Shown in pieces: positions 35,252-48,535 of a stretch of DNA of 64,000 nt. Every line of letters begins with the position of its first letter. The first letter of the stretch is position 1. A program made the position numbers and the translations under genes. Source of the DNA: Selaginella moellendorffii (lineage: Eukaryota; Plantae; Lycopodiophyta); contig NW_003314321.1 in assembly GCF_000143415.4 (NCBI RefSeq), forward strand, positions 248,001 to 312,000, written 5' to 3'. The notes below the pieces were generated by a model. That model was not told where the DNA came from. It did not search any database and saw only the letters and a program-made list of their open reading frames with translations.

Positions 35252-36441
35252 TTAATCTTCTCGTTTCACATTTTTCCCTTCGATATACTTATTATAGATG
35301 TCTCCAATATAATCTTTTGATAATCGAGCTTTATACTGTGCTGGGTTTTGTTTGTCTAAAAGCTCTTGGATAGGAGCAATTATTGCTTGAGCACAAGGAT
35401 TGAAGAAGGATGCCATTGACATCCTATATAAGTTACGATTCACAATAGCTCTGTGAATAACACTCTTGAATATTCCATTTGTTATAATCTGCCCAAAACA
35501 TCACAGTTTAAAATAAAATATACATATTAATTTATATTTTACTCACCTCAACTTGATCACCAACATTAACAATTAATGCATTTGAGTTACATCTCACATT
35601 ATACCATTTACCTTCCTTTTGGATTTGTAATCCACCAACTTGGTCCTGCCATAAAATTGTAATACCACCACTATCTGAATGTGGATTAAGTCCAAGTGCA
35701 CGTTCTGGATCTGGACAAGGAGGATAGTAATTCAGTCGAACGATCATCTCCTCATTGCCGTATATTTCTTGCAACTTATTCTCATGTAAACCCAATGCTT
35801 TTGACATGACTATAAGTAATTTTTTTCCCAATATTTGCATATTCTTCACATAATTCTTAGTCACCTCCCTGCAAATAGTTTGATAAGTATTAAATATAAT
35901 AATAATGGTCACATACCCATAATGGATTGGAATATTTGGGTATGGATGATTATTTAAATTGTCACATTTGAACCAATGTTGAAGATGATCATGCCAATCT
36001 AAGTAAGATTCCTTACTAGGAGTAAGACTTGTGCAAAACCTCATTGGGTTAAACACATCTTCAGAAAAATATTTCATTTTTTCTGTAGTTGATAAGTTGA
36101 AGAATGTATGTGTGTTTTTTACCATATCTTCAATTACATCTTCTGGCACTCCGTGATTAATCAGCTATAAAATGAACACATTAATAAACATATAATTTAA
36201 AACTTATAAAGATCATAATTACCTCAAAAAATCCCCATTCCTCACAAGCAAATTTAATATCTTCCATTGCAGTCTTGCTTTGTAAATCAACACGTGGAAG
36301 ATCAATTCCTTCAAAAACCTCTTGTGGATTATGTCGCTTTTCGAATGGCTTTATATATGCACTAGGGAGAGATAAAACATTATGATCAACTAAGTCTTTT
36401 ACACCTTTGAATGGAGAAGTTGGATCATAAGCAGGTGCCAT
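35252..36441 (-). CDS. 2-oxoglutarate/Fe(II) dioxygenase (DOXC class), 4 exons
   Basis: ACEEWGFF, RLNYYPPCPDP, HSD...H triad, RMS motif. Confidence 0.9.
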
Positions 36442-37068
36442 AACCCTCAAACCTCAAACTCTATATCAAACTTCTATCTTCTATCTTCCAATTGCTCTTG
36501 CTCTTATGTATATGTGTGAAAGACCTAGCCCCACTTTATATACAAAAGTCACTGCACTTTCTATGAAATTTCATGTGCAAGTTATTTCTTCAGTGTTGTA
36601 CTCTTGTTTTCAAAATCCCTATAAAAAAATCTATTCAAGATATGTCATCTATGAAACTTCAAATTCAAGTTATTTCTTCAACAATGTATGCTTGTGGAAT
36701 CAATAAAAAAACAAATATAGAATCTCTCATTTTCAAAGACAATCTTCGATAAAACACAAATATGTTTTTTCAAATGTTGCTGCCTGAAAACACAAATTGA
36801 CAATCTTCACTCCAGTCCAATTCAAAGTCAACATAGCAAACATTATTAAATTCTAACTTCAGGTTCTACCTCCATCCTACATGTAGTTTCTTTGTAAGCT
36901 GGATGGAAGCATCACAACTTAGCCGTGTCAAGGATAGGTAGCTGGACCAAACTGAAATTTTTTCACATCAGAAAATCACATTCATTTTCTAGGAATACCT
37001 AACTAGAAAAATCTTGTTGTGTCTTCCAATTCCAAAGTAATCACGAAAGAATACGAGCCACCAGGAAG

Positions 37069-37636
37069 ATGCGAAGAAGCCCCAAACGAATCTTCTCGTG
37101 ATAGCCGAAATTAGGGTTTATATATGGTGTGCGAGGAAGGCGTAAGTACCAGCCATGGCTGCCCGGACTCCATGGTACGTGTGGCTGGTGCTGGTCTGTG
37201 CGCCTGTATCATCCGCCGGCGCTTTGATTCACTGAAAACTTTTCTCTTGATCATGCGATCTAGGTGACCAACCTGATGAAGCGCGCTGCAGCATGGAGAT
37301 TGCAAGTCTTGCGTGCTTGCAATCTGTGCTCTTGCAGTACCCTTGCATTTCGGCCTATGGGTATAGAATTGTTTTGTTTCGATCGATATCCAGGTATGTG
37401 TCACTGGATCACACATCCCTTCAGCATAGCCTCCTCTTTCTTTCGATGCCTCCGCTCATCATCGCTGTTCTATCCTGGCTACGCTGGTGTTCTTGGGTTT
37501 TGCTGGGGTTTTGATCATCGCATTTGCTAGCAAGCCCGATGGTGACAAAGGCATCACTTTCCTGGGGGATTTGATGGCTTTACCGTCGGCTCTTGCGTTT
37601 GTAGGCTACATGTTTGCTGGGAACAATCTAAGAAGT
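37069..37636 (+). pseudogene. EamA/DMT-type membrane transporter fragment
   Basis: Hydrophobic segments SLDHTSLQHSLLFLSMPPLIIAV and GFAGVLIIA..FLGDLMAL..AFVGY. Appears frameshifted and truncated. Confidence 0.5.
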
Positions 37637-37822
37637 AAAGCTCTAGACTTATCTTTCTCTTTTTCTTTGCAAACTTGGATGATATTTGCAAGTGTTGGAT
37701 TTTATTCAACGAAAAAGGTGATTGATTCTTCTAGTTGGAGGAGAATGGTCACAGTCTATTTAACCACATATTGTCTTCGGAACTCTATGCGTATTACATT
37801 CTTAGAAAGATGGAAAAAGAAG

Positions 37823-37895
37823 TGCGGTGAGCACAAATTGAACACACGGCCTTCAGATCTTCAGTCTGATGCTCTCCCAACTGAGCTATCCCCGC
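37823..37895 (-). tRNA. trnF-GAA: tRNA-Phe(GAA), probable pseudogene
   Basis: GCGGGGATAGCTCAGTTGGGAGAGCATCAGACTGAAGATCTGAAGGCCGTGTGTTCAATTTGTGCTCACCGCA. The T-arm/B-box is mutated relative to plant tRNA-Phe. A T5 terminator follows. Confidence 0.9.
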
Positions 37896-37940
37896 TTGAT
37901 ATCCTGTGTTAGAATTTTTACAGAGATGGCAGCGAGGTGA

Positions 37941-38200
37941 TCAAATCGTTTTGTTTGCCAACGCCACAAACGCGGATCCAAAGTTTTGCTCCAGTACTGA
38001 CTCGATCTCCACGGCGGCGTGCTTGAGACTCCCGCGGCTGTTGCAAGGACACAGCAAGCAAAGCCACTCCACCATGGTAGCACGATTCGGCATGACCCTC
38101 ACCAGCTCTTGCGCGTATCCGGCCATGGCCAACAAGTCCAGGTTTAGAAGAGAAGTTCCTCTCTTTGTGCAGGAGACAAGGTAGATGGCTGGTGCATCTA
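37941..38200 (-). pseudogene. Remnant of a PLS-class PPR protein (last repeat and E domain)
   Basis: LDLLAMAGY..ELVRVMP..EWLCLLCPCNSRG...SAFVALAN resembles the E-motif consensus. Confidence 0.55.
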
Positions 38201-40140
38201 TGCGCTGGGCCGCAACACTCAGCAGCAATCGAGAAACTTCTCCTGCCAGGCATTCCAAAGAAAGCCAGCAACCATGGTACGATTGGTACATAAACTTCTT
38301 TTTCCAACACCAGGACAATAGTCAAAGCTCTAACTAAGTGCTCGTATATATTGCAAGTGTGAGGTGTTTTATGTGTAACTATGATAAATTCACAACTCTC
38401 TTTTGTGTTTTTAAGCATCAAGAGATTAAATGATTTTCCAGAGCTGGTGATCAAGATGGCCAAATCCTTCATCACATTTCTAACTCAAGGCAACCAAGTT
38501 AAATATTGAATAACAACGATCTCTCATTATTTTGAAATGGACTAAAAGTGGTGGTATGGTGGTTCTAGATGGATTGTGACATTGTTAAATATCTTAAGAA
38601 TAAAACATTTATAACCTAAACTAAACTTTTATAGTATAAAAAAAAAACTGTTATGTAATATAAAGCACATATAAAAAAACTCATAAATTTAAACACGATT
38701 AAATAATAAAACTTATATATAAACTACATTATATCTTTTTATCTTGAGAAGGTAGAGGATCAATAAAAAAATCCATAAAGATAAATTTCTAAAACCCTCA
38801 AGCAAAAAGAAAGGATTGGAGAAGACTTATATTGAGGCATCTTAATCTGTTAACAAGTATGAACAAATTGTTCAACATACTTATGCATATAAAGCTACTA
38901 AAATAATATATCTTACCATATACATACAGATCTGTATATTGATGAAGGAGCCCATTCCAAATTAAAATCATTATATAAAGTTGAAGAAGCATTGAAAGAA
39001 ATTCATTGTTTAGCTTTTTGAACAAATGGATTAGTGGCCTAATCTGTAACTTAAATTAGTGATCAAGAGGAATAGAAAGTTTTGTTGTAAAGGAGTTTAT
39101 TTGAAAGTGAGAGGAATTAAAGAGTTTCTATGCGAAAATATGAAATAATTGCATTGAGCTATCCATGACAATAGGAATTCAGTTATATTATAGCCAATAT
39201 TTCCAAGTTTAAAGTTTTACATGAACTTTAGATTTTATTATTTTGTATTTTATAAATGAGTACTTTAGAGTTTTTTAATTGTACATAACAATATTACAAT
39301 AATCTTGAACAGTAATATATGTAATGTAAGAAATAAATAATTTGGTGATAATCCTTATTAGATGACTATAAATATTTTTCCTGAATATAATTTAATTTTA
39401 CAGTTGGACAGTAACATAATAATATATTTTTACCATTTTGTGGCTTTAGAAATGACAAGTTAAACATTATTGAATCTTGTAAAAAAAGCTGTTAAAGTTG
39501 TATCACAATTGAAAAATAAATTTAGGAAAATAAAATTATTTGTATAATATTCATTATATTACACCACAAAAAGATATGATATTCAATTTCAGAAATTATA
39601 CTAGAAATTTTGCATGAACTTAAATCTGTATCTATACTAATATATTTATATGTATTAATTAGAAATTATAATCCAGATTTAGTTTTACCAGTTGGACAAT
39701 TAGGGTATCCTTAAATTGTATTGTATAGAACTCTAAACTACAACCACTTTTTTCTTTTTAGTATTATTTATTATATCGGAAGTTTATAATTATAATTAAT
39801 AAACTAGAAGAACAACCGGGGAGTTCTCCATGGCGAGCTTCTGTTTACCAACGTAGCCGTCTTAGAGGCCCAGAGTGGAGGCTACGTTGGTATGCTGGTG
39901 GGATTCTCGCAGGCCAGGCTTGTGGAGAGCAGCGGCACAAGGAGTGGTCTCATTTGGAGAGCATGCTCAAGGTTTTGCTAACCAAAGGGCGACAAAGATG
40001 GCGGTGGTTTACTACAAATGATCCCTATATGTTATACAAGGTGCTGCTTCTCACTTGACTTAACCTTGTTCTTTTACACTAGATCGAGGCACGTCAAGAT
40101 CACCGTCAAAGACTTCGAGCGCTGTTATTCCTACTTGCCT

Positions 40141-42357
40141 TCACGGAGCCCAGGGAGGCGATGGCGGAGGAGGAGCCGGGTACTGCGGTGGAATCGCCGA
40201 GAAGATGTTCGAAGCGTCCACCCCCGACGATGAATCGCCTCCCGACAGTGCCACCAGCGCGAACGCGAGGCCAGCGTTCCCGGCCAGCGTTGGCTCCGTG
40301 AAGTTGTAGTTACTTCTCACGTCGTGGAAGCGATCCTTGGTGTCTGGCCCTCCAACCATGGCGCCGACGATGGTGTTTGGGTTGGCCTTTTTGCTGTCTC
40401 GAAATCTCCAGCCTTCCTGGCACCCGTACTTTCGCTTGTTCTTGGGGATGGATGCCGCTCGGTGGTGTACTTGCTTGGGATACTTGTTGCCGTATCCCAC
40501 GACGTAGCTCATCTTTCGCGGGTTCTTGCCCAGAATGTAGTCCACCTGTGGAGAAAGGCAAAGGCGTGTGAGAGATATGAAGCATAAGAGAGGAAGCGGC
40601 GAACCTGGGATTTCGCAAAGTTGCGCATTGTGTCTGCTGTGTAGAACTGAGAGCCACAATACCATCCAGGAACGTCTCCAGCGATCATGTAGTCACTGAA
40701 CAACACAGCGAGAAACGCAGCATTGGCCGTGTACTGAAGAGGAGCGGGATTTCCACGATTCAGAATGATCAACCCGCCTGGAACAGAGCAAGCCAGTATT
40801 ATATATGCATATATCAAAACACAAGAAGCAAAAACCATTACCTGGTGTTCTAGGAAACCTCTTGTACAGTGGGAGGTAAGAGCACATCACAAGATTGGTG
40901 TGGTTGTGGAAATTCTTCAGCACTTCTTCGTAAGGATATCCAGGGCTTTGTAGAATTCTCAGTCTCGTCAAGAGCACCTGTAACACACCTGTAAGTTACT
41001 ACGAGAGCAAAGAGCGTTGGTCGACATTACCTGTGCACCAAAAAGCTTGTTATCCCAATCGAAAACACCGTAGTATGGACCTCCTCCATAGGCTCCGGCG
41101 TTCCTTCCAATACCATATGTTGTGACTAGCTGTAGGTAGGACGAGTTTCCTGTAGCATAGTATAACCAAGCTCCACCCCATAGAAACTCGTCAAAGTATC
41201 CGGACGAGTTGTAAAACTGGGCTGCATCAGATCCACCAGCACTGTAGCGACCTCTTTTTTCCCTCGCCATCTTGAAGAGTGCCCTTGCACCATTGACTAG
41301 CCTTTGGGAGTACGGTGCATTGTCCTTGAAAACTATGGAAGCGGCCGCAAGTGCCGCGGCCATTTCACCAGCCAAGTCTGATCCCGTGCCGAGCTGGGAA
41401 ACCGGGCGAGGATAATCCATGTCCTCTGGTCGCTCCCAGCAAGAGTGATCGTTTGGAGTGGCAGTAGCTGTGGCATCGCCTCCGGTTGTGCCAGTACCAA
41501 CCTTTATAAAAGAAAGTGTTTGGAGAACTTCATCAGGACACAATCACCATAGAAACATGCGAGAATTTCAACGTACCTGTGCGTAGATGTAGTCGATGTG
41601 AGTGGTGGTTTCATTGTAAATCTGGAGCCCCGTCGAGTTGAAAGTCTTGAGAATGTAGTCCATTCCCCATTTTATAAGCTCCGTGACATGCGCAAGCTCG
41701 CCGGCCGCCTCGTACTTGGCACGGTACTCAATCACACTCCAGCTGAGAAGAGTCATGGTGTAGGCCTGCGGGAACAAGAACTTGATGTTGTCACCAGCGT
41801 CGTAGTAGCCCCCGATCAAGTTCCCGTGGATCCCAGGATCCACTCCATCTTGCATGCCAGAATTGCCTCTAAAAGATACGTTGTTGTGCTTCGGGAGCTT
41901 CCCAGCTGCAAAGAAACGAAAAAAGAAAGGCCAACTTAGCGAAAGAGTTCTAAGAGAAATGAAATGCTACCACCTAGGAGCTATGAGCGAGCTTACACTT
42001 TTGGGCATTGAAGAACATGAGAGTCTTATGGAGCGCCACCGTGTAGTTATCCGGAGGAGGAGCGTGGCGGCGATGCTTGGGCGCCGTCTTGACGATCAGC
42101 ACCGTGAACCCAATGATAAGCCCAACCGCGACCAATGCCGTGACAATCCCCGTGAAGAGCTTCCTACTGCAAACAATGCAGCCTAGATCCACGACCTGCT
42201 TCTTCTTCTTCTCTCCAGCTCCAAGCAGCCAGCTCTGCTGCGTCTCCTCGAGCTTCTGGAGCGCCGCTCGATCCAATTCCATGCTCCGGCTCTGGTCATC
42301 GTCGTGGCCCTCCAACTGGAAGACCTCCAGAGGCCCGCCCCACATGTTGTGATACAT
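40141..42357 (-). CDS. KOR1: Membrane-bound endo-1,4-beta-glucanase GH9A (KORRIGAN-like)
   Basis: [20 protein letters not shown] plus a TM segment, [31 protein letters not shown], Pro-rich C-terminus. Confidence 0.95.
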
Positions 42358-42997
42358 CCTGGCACTCCGCGAGGGCTCGGATCGCAAATCTTGCCTCTAG
42401 CTCGCCTGCATTCACTGCCAGAGCTCTAGAATCACCCCGGGAGGACGATATTTCGGGAGGAACACAACCATACCTCCACACAAGGCGCCGCTTGGATCAA
42501 TCGAGAGCTGGAAGCGCATCAAACATCGCCTGGCAGCCGCATTTGCGAATCGATCGATCGAGGAAACCCTGGCGCTCCTCCCTTCTAGCCAAAGGGAAAG
42601 ATGGAATAAAACCGTAGTTCTTACTCTATGAAACCCGCCGGAAAGATGGTTTACCGGTGTCGGTGAGTCTCTTCCGGTGAAAGACCACTGTCGGGTAGCA
42701 AGCCACGCCCAACCAGACACCGCCACGTGGACCGCCATCGCTCCCTAGTGGTTGGATCGGTAGGTCGTCCTGTGGACGAAAGGGAGCGGTCAGTGAAAGG
42801 TCCTTTTGTGGAGAGAGAGTGACAGCTCGCCCAGAGGTTTTAATTATCATTACTATCAGTTAACCACCAACTTAAACGGGTATCTTTAATACACGAAAGA
42901 AATATTCCGAGGGAATTTTCTCTCTTTTTCGTTTCCTGTAAGAAAAAAAAACCAGTCTGTTGATACAACCAGAAACTCAATTCGCTCCTCTCAATCC

Positions 42998-43018
42998 TGT
43001 GTGTGTGTGTGTGTGTGT
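42998..43018. repeat. (GT)n microsatellite
   Basis: Directly visible. Confidence 0.9.
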
Positions 43019-43061
43019 CTTGTAGATAGGCGAAAGCTCGGATGGAAACTCTAAAACTCCA

Positions 43062-43991
43062 TCAGTCGTAGAGGCCCTCTTGTTCCCACACATCCACCAG
43101 GAAATCGATCATGTCCTGGAAGATCACACCAAAATCACCAGTGAGATCGTGATTCATGTCCAACAACACTTTGACAAGCTACCAGACTTCTAGCCAAGAC
43201 TTTAATAGAAAAACTTACGGGTAGAGGTATAGGCTGAGGGAATGGACGATTCGTCGCTAGCAAATCCTGCGGACGATGGTTTGACAAAAGATCGTCGTAA
43301 GTCGGGCGCCAGCTGCAAGAAAGACAACCAAAAACCAAAAAAAAAGAGACCGAATGATCTCAGCAAAGCTCACGAACAGCACAGCTCTGGCTTACCTCGC
43401 TGCCGCTTCGCGAGGGTCTTGCGATCGGTTTCTTTGACGATCTCCAATCCAGAGTCTTCGCTGCTCAGTCCATAAAGTTAAAGCTGTTCCCTGAGGCAAA
43501 GTTAGACCCTTCGAGAGAAAGAAAAGAGTAACTTTGGCGAAAGAAACAAGAACCCACCGTTATTAATGTAGCCACCATTGTTGGCGGCGTTGATGCTATC
43601 CAAGCTGTGATTGACACCACTGATCGACGACGTGCTCCTCTGCGAAGATCTGGAGTTTGTCAGATTGTTATCCATATCATTCGAGCTGGATGACCACCAA
43701 TCCTTCTGCGGCGGACCATGCCCGTGAGACCCCCGCTTGGCCGCCTTGTGCTTCCTCGATTTCTCCACACTTCTTACAGGCGGGGATTTTTTGAAGACGC
43801 CAACACAGCCACTGCTCTGTTGCAAAATCCAGCAAAAGTTTGCAAAAGAACAAAACCATCACTAGTATATCTCGATCGAGAAAAGAAAGACGAATCAAAA
43901 GAATGGTTGTTCCTACGCACCCCATACACGCCGTGCAGTTTGCAATCCACGAGGATGCAAGCTTGAGAAAGTCTGCCAAATGGGACAGCAT
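43062..43991 (-). CDS. DUF4050-family protein, multi-exon
   Basis: WWSSSSNDMDN, YINNG, PFPQPIPL, MIDFLVDVWEQEGLYD*. Confidence 0.8.
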
Positions 43992-44492
43992 TCACTGCAT
44001 TCTTTGTAGAAAAAATCGTTTTTTGGGACTTCTAGCCGGCAATACCTGGACAATCCGAGGGAATGTAAGAGCTATCAGCTCAGAAAACGAATAAAATCCA
44101 TACCTCGTACTTATCCTGCTCGCTTCTAGCTTGCGCAATGTCGTTTTCTTGCCTTCCCTGTCATTGATGTAATCGCCACAGTAGCGAATGCGCGGCAGCT
44201 CAGGGAAAAATGCGCACAGATCAGGTGCGCAGCGATCCAGCGCCGAGAGAGATCCGGCGACGCATTCTCAAGAACCCTAACGCCTCTAATCCCAAACCCT
44301 AGCGCCCACCCTAACATAGCACACAATGATTTTGCAGTGAATCACGCTACGTGGCCCAACCGCGGGCCACCAGCTGTGCCACTCGATCGCTGCCCGCGAA
44401 GAACATTTCAACAAGGAACTTGACGAAAACTTAGATTTTTCACGATGAATCGCGAAAAAGTCCATACCAGAGTCTTGGACTTTGAGCAGCGA

Positions 44493-46079
44493 TCAAGCCG
44501 GGAGCTTCGATGGCGATGGTGACTTTGTCGAGAAATTCGTGAGCTCGTGAAGAAGAACTCCAGCAGCAACGCTCACGTTTAAACTGTCCACGGTTCCTGG
44601 CCTTAGAACGCAATCCACCTCCGAGTTGAGCTTCATCATCTCGTAGCGAACCGCGGCTTTCAGTGCTAGTTCGCTGCCACTGCTCGCTTCCACTTGCGCA
44701 GCCGCCTCTTCCTCGATTCTCGAAGCTTTCCTGGGCCTCCGAAAAGGAAGAGCGCCTGGGATCCGGATCATGTGTGTGCACGCCGCCTTCACGAAGGGCC
44801 TGATCCCAACTCCTTCGTTTCCCAGCACCAGAATTGTCGGGACGTTCTTTGGAAGATCGCCCAAGACTTCGCTCTCGGGGCTGTTGGAAGTTCCAATCAC
44901 TCTCCACCCGTTGTCAGCCGAGTCCCTCAAGAACATCATCATGTTCTTGCAGGAAAGCAGATCGATCATCTCCAAGGCCCCGGCGCTGGCTTTACTCACT
45001 ACTCCACTCAGCGGTGCCGAGTTTTTGGAGCACACCACCACCCCGCAAACCCCGAAGAAGTGTGACGACCTCAGGATGGCGCCGAAGTTCTGAGGATCTT
45101 TCACCTCGTCGAGAGCAACCCAGACCGGAGCTCTCGCCAGCATAGCGTCGGGACGATCCAGAGCCGAGATATCAACCATCTCCAAAGGTGACGCATCCAA
45201 AACCATCCCTTGGTGAGGCCTGTTGTCGACGAGAACGTTGAGTGCGTGCTTGGATGTCGTCTCTACCCGGAGCTCCAAGCGCTTGGCGGCCTTCATGATC
45301 CAGAGCACATCGGCCAGAGCTTTCCTCTTCCCAGGATGTTTCTCGTCGAGACCATTCTGGACGTAGAGCACGTATAGATCTCTTCTCCTCGCCTGGAGTG
45401 CCGCTCTCACGGGACCAATCCCATACAGTGCCTCGCCTTTGAGTGCTGGAACTTCCGATGGTTTCTCGTCGATCTCTCTTGGATCATAGTATCTCCTCAT
45501 ATCGTTCCCTCTCATGTCGTTTCTTCCATATCCTCGCTTGAGTCTTCTCATTCCAGTCGGCAAAAATCTTTTCCGTTCTCGCTCATCCTCTGCTTCTTCG
45601 AATTCGTCATCCGGATCACTGCTAGCCACATTGCTTTCTTCCTCCTGAATCGAAAACGAGTCCTTTTTCCTGGCAGGAACGCTCAGCCCCCTATCCTCAA
45701 ACTTAGCTGGGCTGTGTCTTCTGTCATGCTCTTCCGCCGCCTCCTCGGAATTCTTTGATAGCCTCGCGGCAATCCTGGCGCTGCGCTTGGAATGCGTCGG
45801 CAAATCCTCCGCTTCGGCCAGAGTACTACTATCTACACTCCCAATTGAATCTTTGGCGCCGAAATACGCATCCGCAGAGTCGTGCCACTCCGTCACCGCG
45901 CTTCCCTTTGCCCTCCTAGGTGCCGAGGCCGAGAACTGACCTCGAAAAACCACTAACAAATGCCCTGATCTGCTGCTGCCGTTGCTGCTCACGCACTTCC
46001 TTGCTCCATTGCAGCTGTTGATGCCGAGGAAGGACGAGGCAATGCGGCCGCCGATTCGCAGCGAGGGCGCCATAGCCAT
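44493..46079 (-). CDS. SpoU/TrmH-family rRNA 2'-O-methyltransferase (RlmB/MRM1-like), organellar
   Basis: LYGIGPV, HQG, LDEVKDPQNFGAILRS, SKASAGALE, GNEGVG, SLNVSVAAG. Intronless. Start taken at MAMAPS. Confidence 0.92.
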   Translation of the reverse strand: MAMAPSLRIGGRIASSFLGINSCNGARKCVSSNGSSRSGHLLVVFRGQFSASAPRRAKGSAVTEWHDSADAYFGAKDSIGSVDSSTLAEAEDLPTHSKRSARIAARLSKNSEEAAEEHDRRHSPAKFEDRGLSVPARKKDSFSIQEEESNVASSDPDDEFEEAEDERERKRFLPTGMRRLKRGYGRNDMRGNDMRRYYDPREIDEKPSEVPALKGEALYGIGPVRAALQARRRDLYVLYVQNGLDEKHPGKRKALADVLWIMKAAKRLELRVETTSKHALNVLVDNRPHQGMVLDASPLEMVDISALDRPDAMLARAPVWVALDEVKDPQNFGAILRSSHFFGVCGVVVCSKNSAPLSGVVSKASAGALEMIDLLSCKNMMMFLRDSADNGWRVIGTSNSPESEVLGDLPKNVPTILVLGNEGVGIRPFVKAACTHMIRIPGALPFRRPRKASRIEEEAAAQVEASSGSELALKAAVRYEMMKLNSEVDCVLRPGTVDSLNVSVAAGVLLHELTNFSTKSPSPSKLPA

Positions 46080-46206
46080 CACCGCATAAACCCTAATGAA
46101 AACCCCAGATAGATTCCCTTTTTTACAAATAAAGCATATTCTCGGGTTTGTTAACTTAGATCGACGGCCCAGATTGGCCGAGCGTTGCTTCATTGTTTAC
46201 GTCGTT

Positions 46207-47594
46207 CTACTTGAGAGCAGTCTTCCTGCGAACCTCGTAAGCGTAGCTTAGAACGACGACGATGGCTGAAACCGCGAGGCCAAACGCACTGTGAGCCAGT
46301 ACTGTCGCAGTGCTCGCGTGAGAATCCACAGCTAGCGATGCCTTTGCGTTTCCAAACGCTGGAGAGGTGTGCTTGCATCCCAGCTCCGAGAGTTTCTTGT
46401 GAGACTCGGCGTAATCTTTGAAGAATGCGTCCTCGTCCTGGATCACAGTATCGTTATAGTGAGTGAGTCTCAGAAAACTTCCAAAAGCTTTTGTTTTTTT
46501 TTGACGATACCTTTGCATACAAGTCCACATATGGACGGAAGGACGGATCCTCGAGCAAACACTTGTCTGTTGGCAGCTGCAAGAGGCCCTCTGATTCTCC
46601 TCTCAAGAGCTCCCTAGTGTTTGTTCGGACTATACGTAAGACACCAAAAAAAGAGAGTAAGGAGCTGAGACTTACTTGAAGTACGAATTGTCGAACTTCA
46701 ATGGCTGTGGTGTCCATGGTCCCTCAAAGCCGGATCTCTCCTTGTGACCTCTTCCCTGAAAAAAAAGAAAAAAACAAAAAACAAACTTTTATTGTTCTAT
46801 AAAACAGGAGAGACTTACTATTGTGTGACCTCCCGAGAGGGCGACGATATCTTTGTCAGAAAGACCCATTCTAAAGAACACGTCACGGATATGTTTTGCC
46901 CCTGAAAAAAAAAAAAACAGCCATCCCGAGCTTGTAAACTCATAGCTACATAGAATGAATGATACAAACCTAGATGAGCATCGGGAAGTCGTCCTTCTGG
47001 TGTAGTAGCGACGGAATCCTATGGACAAGTTTCATGTTTTCTACTGATCAAAAAGAGCTCAAACAGAAACAAAACCTTTCGGCCAGGCACAAAATCGATC
47101 GTAGGTCCTCCAGTTACCTCTACAGCCACAACTCCAGCTAGCTGATAAGCGAGAAAAAAATTAAAATTGACCATTACCACAAAAAGAAAAGAGAAAATCC
47201 ATGCACCTGGTAGAGATCCGCGTAAGTGATAGTCGGGTGTTTCTCCTTGATAGGCTCTGCGAAACAATGTTTCTATAGCATATAATCTCCAAAAAGTAGC
47301 ACTCACCACAGAAATCAATGGCAATTTTGAGCCCATTGTTGGCAGCGTGAGTGTACTCCCGCTCGCTCCGGATCGAGCCATTCGGTCCTCCAGTCTTGGA
47401 CACGGCATCGTAAGTGCCAGCATCGTGCCATCTGAGAGAGCTAGAAATCAAGAGGAGCTGGAATCAAGAGTGGAAACTTACGCCAATCGCAGCATCAGAG
47501 GCGCGCAATTCTTCTCGGCGATGAAAGCTCGGAGATCGCGCCTGGCGGATTCGATCGCCTTGAGGTACGCATTGTCGACGACGGGCACCGGCAT
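46207..47594 (-). CDS. APX3: Peroxisomal-type L-ascorbate peroxidase with C-terminal TM anchor
   Basis: [50 protein letters not shown] followed by a basic tail. Confidence 0.92.
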
Positions 47595-48535
47595 TTCGTC
47601 CTCCACACAAAACCTAAAAATCTCCCTTCACAGAAGAATGGATGACTATTAGCCGTTGATGGGCATGGTCCAATGAAAGCGGGCCACGTGTTTATAAAGA
47701 TGGTGGACTCTTCCCTGGAAAAGCAAAGACGACGAGGCGAGCTCGCTATTTTATTCCCTGGCGATGGATTGATACATTGGAAGAAATTTTCTTTTGCTTG
47801 CTAAGGATGAGATCATCGATGCGGTGGAGTCGATAGCGATGGATTTACTCGTCACTCCGTGAGGATCCACTAGCGCCTGACGCAGGCTTGGCGTGTCTTC
47901 TTCTTCTTCTTCGGCGCTGCGAGCGAGGGAATAGGGTTTTAAGGGATTTGGGGCAGGAAGAAAGATCTCTCGTCGTGACTTCCTGATCTAAGATCTTACT
48001 CTGCGTCGTCGCCTCCTCCTGCGCATCAGCGATGGCGGCGCCGCCCTGGCAGCCGCGCGGCTTCGTGTTCTTGTCGATCGCACCATCGTTTCCTTCCTCC
48101 AATGTCTCTTCTTTCTCAACCAAAGAGCTCCTCTTTAATGTGATCACGGTAAAGCGTCGCGCCTTTATTTTTGCCAAGTCAGCAGCTGCCGTTTGAATGT
48201 CAGCCGTTGGATGTTACCACGTGGCAGTCGTGCCTACTGGTCAGAAAAGACCACTTTGAATTCATCTCAGCCGTTGAGATGCCCCGAAGCCACCGTTGGA
48301 TCCAAGCTTATCATCAAAGTGTCAAAGTAAATAGGCTTCTCGCGAGGAGCTAGGGGCGAGCTCTCTTTGTGCCCGATCGCAGTCGTCTAGGGTCGAGCGC
48401 ACGCGGTCCACGCTCGATATCAGGTAAAATCCTGCGATCTCTGCTGCATTTGTGGTTCTAGGTTGCGATCGTCGATCGATTCTCTTGTAAAAATCTTTCA
48501 ATCACGAGCTTGGTAAATCCTGTGTTCCGGCAGGC

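Noticed and set aside
47845-48177. 110-aa ORF between APX3 and transaldolase
   Set aside because: Non-ATG start, no homology recognised, and it lies in a divergent promoter region.
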